Shown piece after piece: positions 57,101 through 64,000 of a stretch of DNA of 64,000 nucleotides; positions within the stretch are counted from its first letter, which is position 1; the number at the start of each line of letters is the position of its first letter. The position numbers and the translations under genes were made by a program. Source of the DNA: Eledone cirrhosa (Eukaryota); contig OZ024746.1 of the NCBI GenBank assembly GCA_964016885.1, positions 24,986,001 to 25,050,000 of the forward strand. Reading direction: 5' to 3'. The notes beneath the pieces are model-generated. The model saw nothing but the letters and a program-made list of their open reading frames with translations, was not told the DNA's origin and did not search any database.

Positions 57101-59388
57101 TCATCATCATCATCATCATCGTTTAACGTCCATTTTCCACGCTAGCATGGGTCAGGACTGTCTGGCAGGTTTTCTACGGCTGGATGCCCTTCCTAACACC
57201 AACCACGTTTACAGTGTGAACTGGGAGGTTTTTACCGTGTTACCTACACAGCCACATTACAGCGTGGACTGTGTTTTTTTGTCGTGACACCTACACAACC
57301 TCATTTATTTAGGACTGGATGTTGTGGTACCAACATAGTTTTACATCGAAAGGGGTGGTGTAGATGGCAGTGGGGGTAGGGTTGGGACGGGGGTGTATTT
57401 TGGTTAAGAGGTGTAAGTGTGTGAGGTCGGAATTTATCAAATCGTCCCAGGTTTTTCTCGGTCTGCCTACTCCGTAGCTACCATCTATTTTGATCACACT
57501 GCACTTTTTTATACAGCCGTCATCTTTCATGCACATCACATGATCATACCAACATAGTCTTCTCTCGAGTAAACAGCATCTGATCCCTCTTATTCCTAAT
57601 TCTCACTTAGTTCATTTATGCTTTGCTGTTCGCGTATATTACTATTACACATCCAACAGAGCATGCAAGCTTCGTTCCTCTCCAGTCTGCGTAGATCCTC
57701 TGCACACAAGGCCCATGTCTCACTGCCATGTAACATCGCTGTTCGTATGCAGGCATCATATAGCTTGACTTTTATTTTTAGAGAGAAACCTTTAGTGGCA
57801 AATAGTGGTATAAGCTCTCTGAACGTTTTCCATCCTGTTCGGACTCTAGCTACAGTACTTTCAGAGCACCCTCCACCACTGCTGATTTTGTCACCACTAT
57901 TTCTATAGAACCATCTGGGCAATGGAATGAGCTAGTATTTTGTGGGCATTTGCTGCTACTTATTGCACCAGAGCACCGGCCACATATAAAATCTATATTC
58001 TTAGTTAGCTTACCTGTGATCCCACTACATCTTTTATGCACCCATACTTTGCATTTGGGACATAAAATGGAGTTTCTGCCTACTCCTTTCCTACACACTG
58101 AGCATGGCCATTTCCCAGATGGGACCAGTGCCCTATTCTCCTTCCTACATATTAGTACTTTAGTATTAGACAAGTTAACTTTAAGGCCTTTTGATTCTAG
58201 GCCATGCTTCCAAGTTTGGAATTTCTTCTCTAGTTCAGCCATTGATTCGGCTATGAGTGTTAGATCATCTGCGTATAGAAGTTCCCATGGGCAACCGGTC
58301 TTGAACTCCTCCGTTATAGCTTGGAGGGCGATAATAAATAGGAGGGGACTAAGGACGGAGCCCTGATGAACACCAACTTTTACGCTAAACTCTTCACTAT
58401 ATTCGTTGTTAATTCTAACCTTACTGACCGTTTCCTTATACATGGCTTGTATAGCTCTCACGAGCCATTCATCTACACCTAGTTTTCTAAGAGCCCACCA
58501 GATAATGGAGCGGGGGACTCTGTCAAAGGCTTTCTCCAGGTCTACAAAAGCTAAGTAGAGCGGTTTACTTTTAGCTAGGTACTTCTCCTGTAGTTGTCGT
58601 ACAATGAAAAGAGCGTCTGTGGTACTTTTACCTGACACAAACCCGAACTGCATTTCATCTAGATTAATTCGCTCTCTGATTAGTTGCGCTATTACTTTTT
58701 CTGTGACCTTCATGACCTGGTCAATTAATTTAATGCCTCTATAGTTTCCCCTATCTAGGGCATCACCTTTACCCTTGTAGCAGTTAATGATGATGCTGCT
58801 ACGCCAATCCTTTGGTACAACCCCATTCTGTATAACTTGGTTTACTATCCGGGTAACCATAGTGTGTCCCACCGTTCCAGATGCTTTCAGCATTTCAGTA
58901 ACTATTTCCGAAGGCCCAGCCGCCTTGCCCGTCTTCATATCTTTGATTGCCTTACTTATTATACTACCTTCAACTTGCACTGCTGGTCCCTCTATTGGAT
59001 CGATGTGGGGGAGGCTGTCTTTCTCCCATTTATTCTCCTCATCTAGTAGCCTTTCGTAGTGACACTTCCAAGTTACCTTCTTATCAGCGTCAGTGATGGC
59101 TAGTACACCATCATCATTACGGACACACTTCTCCCCGACAATATCACGGTTCTCCTTGACACATTGTCTAGCAATCCTGAACACCTCGCGTTGTAGAACA
59201 TGCTTGAACTTTCTTTCCTCTGCTTCCCTCCTGGTCACTTGATAGTCTTCTCTACTTCCCCCATCCCGCCATACTTTCCAAGCCTGCTTTTTGGCCTTGA
59301 TCGACTCCGCCACCTTACTGTTCCACCACCAAGTTACTCTCTTCCTGCCTATAGGTCTGCTCCAGCCACAGATTTCATGTCGCCTTCT
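57101..59388 (-). mobile_element. 5'-truncated RTE-group LINE with reverse transcriptase
   Basis: ORF 57850-59418: NYRGIKL, QFGF, FVDLEKAFDRV, GVHQGSVLSPLLF, LLYADDL; small deletions and a frameshift near 57900; (GAT)n tail. Confidence 0.95.
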
Positions 59389-60972
59389 GATTATATATAT
59401 ATATATACACACACCCACACATATATTGGCTCACTGAATATGCATTCCTTCCTCTTTTCAGTCTTTATTTTCTATTTCTAACTATCTTCTGATGGACTAG
59501 TCTAAAATATTAAACCTCTTCCTGCTATTTCAAGCTTTAAACTACTATATTTCTTCAATGTACTGTGTTGTTTGCTTTGTTATTTCTGTTTACTTTTTAC
59601 ATACATACATACACACACACAAGCAGGGAAAAGCAGACATATGATGATACAGTTAATCAAAGCAGCTTTACCTTGTCTTCAGGATTTATTGTTGCTTAAA
59701 ATATCTTGTGTAAATTTTAGTTTTAGATCCATTATAACATTTGACATGTGAGTTAGGCCATAGGACAGCATAGACTGAAGAATGTTAGGAGGGAGAAGGG
59801 AGGGGAGATTACAGCGATGTCTAGCAAGTGGCTTAAGATATATGAGAAGTTTAGAAAAGAAGGAGAGATAATAGCAGAGAAAGAGATATGTATGCATATA
59901 CCTACATAGATACATACATATATATGCACACATACATACCTACATACATATATGCATATACACATACCTACATACATATATGCATATACACATACATATT
60001 TATATATATATATATATATGCATACCTACCTACTCAGAACAAAGCGCCATAACTATATGTCAAAGCATATTGTTTGACCCCTTACTGATACTGCTAATCC
60101 ACTGCCTTTATAACAATAATAATGGTTTCTAATTTAGGCACAAGGCCAACAATTTTGAGGGAGGAGACAGTTGATTAAATAGACCCCAGTGCATTACTGG
60201 TATTTAATTTTATCAACTCCGTAAGGATGAAAAGCAAAGCTAACTTCAGTGAGATTTGAACTCAGAAGGGCTGTAACTATGCCACAAAGAATGTTGTCCG
60301 ACTCCCTACTGATAATGCAAACCCACCACCCTTATAATAAGAATAATAGCATTAACTATAATAACAATAATATTGAACAATAAAACTATGGCCTCTGACA
60401 TGTTACAAATGGTATTCGTAGCTTGTGACTGTTTTATTTCATTGAAATTTGACGTTGCCGAAAGCTTCATGCAAATATAACATTTTTTACAAGGTATATA
60501 AATGTTAACTGTTGATCAATACAGTAATTAGCCTCATTAAACAATAATTAAAATAATTTACAAGAATAAAATACAACTGATAATTATTTAGAAAATGTCA
60601 TTGTGTGTACACGCACATTCCACAAAACACATCTGACGCACATATATATACATACACAGATTACATATATATTAACAGACCAAAGCAATCTCAAAGTGTT
60701 ACAAATGTCAGGTTGAAAAGATTGTTTATTGTTGAGAGGCAAATATATATAATATTCTCATTTATCCTCAATTAATAAACCCTTTTCTTTGCTCACTTAT
60801 TCCTGTGAGGGTCATAGGGGCAGAGTCCTCAAGCACTTTCCAGCAGATCCTGTCAGAAGCAACTTTTTCCAAATAATCCGGCTGGATCCCCAAGTGAGAC
60901 CAGCTGAGCTCATGGATGTTATTCAATCATCTCTATCCTTTTAACATTACAAACTAATTTACCCATAGCATC

Positions 60973-61140
60973 TATGAGGAGGTGCCAAAAAGTTCCTGGC
61001 TTTGAGTAGCAGGAGGATCAATTAATTATGATTTTATTCAACATATTTCCCTTTCAGATTCACACACTTATTGCAGCAGTCCTTCAGTTTTTCTAAGCCC
61101 TGTAAAAAGAACTTGGAAGGTTGGGTCTCCAACCAGGCCT
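60973..61140 (+). mobile_element. Mariner-like terminal fragment
   Basis: tatgaggaggtgccaaaaagttcc resembles mariner TIR starts (TA-CGAGGG...AAAAGT). Confidence 0.45.
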
Positions 61141-62508
61141 CTGTAGCAGCACTCAAGCCATCAAGCCTTTTCAGCACCTGCCTCATATATTATCACTGAA
61201 ACTGTTAGAAATAGCAGTCAAATGTCCCTTATACCATACTATACCATTTTTTTTAAAAATAAGACACACAGAGGAATATAGTAGACAACAATTGAAAAAG
61301 AAAACACAAAAAAAAAAAGATGTGATGGTGACAGCTACAAAGACTTTGAACATAGCATGACTCAATGATGGCTGACCTGGAGTTAAATAGCAACAACATA
61401 GAATCTTGAGGTATGATGAGACATTAAACTGTAAATTAAATTATCCTATGTCAGCACAGAAAAACATATGTTGAAACAATGTTGGAGCTAACAATTGTGA
61501 TGATGATATAGCTAATGATGGTGGTGGTGATGATAATATTGTTGCCAATGAAGATGATAATGACAATGCTGCTGCTGATGATGATAATGAATATGATAAT
61601 ATTGTTGTTAATGATGATGACAAAGTTGCTGCTAATTATGATGATGATACATCTAAAACCATAGAACTATGCTGAAACAAAAACACAAAAATTAATTAAT
61701 TAGCCAAAAACCAGTTGGTTGATTAAAAACTGTCGGAAATGATATTGAATTTATGAAGCAAATGTCACCTAGCTGCAATAATGTGCAACCTAATAACAGA
61801 TGTTTATAGCTGAAACCTTGTCTCTGACATCTAAAGTAATAAATCAATGACAGTCTAAGGTAGAACTTCATAAAGAACCTCAATGACTCATTAACACCTT
61901 TTGTTGTTGTTATTTAGAAAACATCTAAAAAAAACAAAGGTTTGTAAATTTAAATGTTTATAGTATCTTTCCTAAGGGGCATGTTGTGAAAATTTGCAGT
62001 ATTAGAGTAAAGACTTCAATAATTCATGTGATGCAATAATAGTACTATTTTGAACTTTTCAAGAATGTCTTGCTGGTACAGTTTTATGTGATACAGGAGG
62101 TTAAGAGTTAATACCACAAGTCATTCTATCCAACACTCGTTACCTACATTAGATTAATAGCATTATCTGTAGCCATGCTATGATGTAATGCATTTATATA
62201 TGTAATGTATATAATATATAATACATACTTATATACAATATGGAAAATCAGATGTATGATGATGATAATGATAGTATAAAATATATCCCAACTTATAATT
62301 TATAGTCATGCTATAATATAAAGAGTTTATATAATATATAATATATCCCCATCTATGTGAGGTAGTGGAAGTTATTATCCACAGAGATAATCCTTCTTCT
62401 TCCTCTCTTATCTAATATAGAATGAGCTAGTTCAGATGTTCTCTCTACTAACCCAGCTAATGACACAACTATGCTTTCTATGAAACTGTCTGCATGTGAA
62501 TGTAAGAA

Positions 62509-62616
<108 letters not shown>

Positions 62617-62642
62617 TGTGTGCGCGTGTGTGCGCGCACGCA

Positions 62643-62679
<37 letters not shown>

Positions 62680-63439
62680 TTGTGTGTGCATATTTAAGCC
62701 AGCTAGTTCAATGATAATTATTTTTCTGTATTATCAACTAGTGAAATTACTATTACAGCTTTGAACCAACCAATGCTGTGTGAATGAATTTGCTACATGG
62801 AAACTACAAGGAATATGATATATGTATATAAACAATCACCCAGTACGCACTGTAATGTGATCAGTGATAGAAAGGGCACCTATCCATAGAAAACCTTCCA
62901 AACAAAGGGGTCAAGAAGACAGTTCAGCTATGCCAGAGATATGCCAACTTCCCTGGTGTTGGTGCCACGATAAAATGCACTCAATAGAGAACAGGATCGT
63001 ATGATGATGACCCTTTATACACACAGGTGAAACTCCAGAGTAACAGGACACTGACTCAACCTTGATAAACCTATTAATTACTACTATGGTATTGAGTACT
63101 CATTCTCATGAATATCAATACTAAATGGACACATACAAACACACACATAAATAAATTGCTCCTGGTTATATGAAACTAAACTGTTTCTATTTATCTAAAA
63201 ACCTTGCACTGTAAGAACCTTAGTTATGTTCCAAATACCAGATTAATAACAAGAAAGTTATATTATGAAATACCTCCAAATATTCGATTATTTTCAAAAT
63301 GATTTGAAAATTTATAAGTAGTGTCTTTCATTAGAAATATGGTAATGAAATGGTTCATCTATATTTATCTAAAAATCTTCTATCATAATTTTATTTAAGA
63401 ACATTAGTTAATTTATGTTCCAAACATCAGCTAAATAAT

Positions 63440-63628
63440 TGTTTCTACTTTAGGCACAAGGCCAGCAATTATCCAGTGCATTACTGGTACTTTATTTTAT
63501 CGACCCCGTAAGGATGAAAGGCAAAGTCAACCTCGGCGGGATTTGAACTCAGATCGTAAAGGGACGTAACTATGCTGGAAAGCATGGCGTCCGACCCTCT
63601 ACCGATACTGCCAATCCACCGCCCTTTT
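63440..63628 (-). mobile_element. Young SINE family B with a 19-bp TSD
   Basis: TSD caaacatcagctaaataat at 63421-63439 and 63629-63647; near-identical to 43074-43262. Confidence 0.9.
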
Positions 63629-63684
63629 CAAACATCAGCTAAATAATGAAATCTCAACATATTACATTAGAAATACAGTAAAAA

Positions 63685-63897
63685 AAACCTTCTTGTGACT
63701 TTATTTCTAATGAAATACACTGTATTTCAATTAATTAATAAAGAAGTTTGAAGGATTCACTTAAGTTATTTCATTACTAAGATAGTAACTCAACTTTATG
63801 CTGAAAGTTATTGTTTTAAATAGGAACCCTTTAAAAGGGTGGTTTTGTTTCATAGAACCAGAACTGAGTTTTGGCTAGATTGGTAAGAAAAGGGTTA
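63685..63897 (+). mobile_element. AT-rich MITE-like family with (TT)AACCCTT...AAGGGTT(AA) ends, possibly piggyBac-derived
   Basis: Related copies at ~13510-13860/14350-14395, 19310-19520, 26340-26610, 37375-37710 (-) and 45627-46035; shared motifs gagggattta and atagaaccag. Confidence 0.5.
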
Positions 63898-64000
63898 TGA
63901 CAGTAGGGGTGCAAATATGGGATTTAAGGGCAATTTAGTTACTGAAAGGATTAAAATTATCTAGATTATCATTATTTTCCATACCACTTTTCATGTTTTC

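Overview
Eukaryotic, AT-rich, microsatellite-laden genomic DNA; the SINE/LINE repertoire suggests an octopod cephalopod (inference). One host gene is supported: four coding exons of phosphatidylserine decarboxylase (PISD) on the minus strand (46462-46226, 26274-25878, 25349-25189, 24906-24688; 337 aa, GT-AG introns, Asp/His/LGST catalytic motifs). Its N-terminal exon(s) were not found. The rest is repeats: fragments of Tx1/L1, RTE, CR1 and R4-like LINEs, tRNA-derived SINEs (some with long TSDs), non-autonomous Helitrons, MITEs, and micro/minisatellites; most ORF-track entries are repeat artefacts. The most notable signal is a set of short modules in or next to (TA)n tracts. They carry type I minimal hammerhead-ribozyme cores (CUGANGA...GAAA...UH) and often form long fold-back palindromes (5045-5245, 8483-8608, 38323-38434, 44877-45001, 51941-52345). 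They look like the 3' ends/pseudo-LTRs of several Penelope-like retroelement families. All folds and alignments were done by eye.
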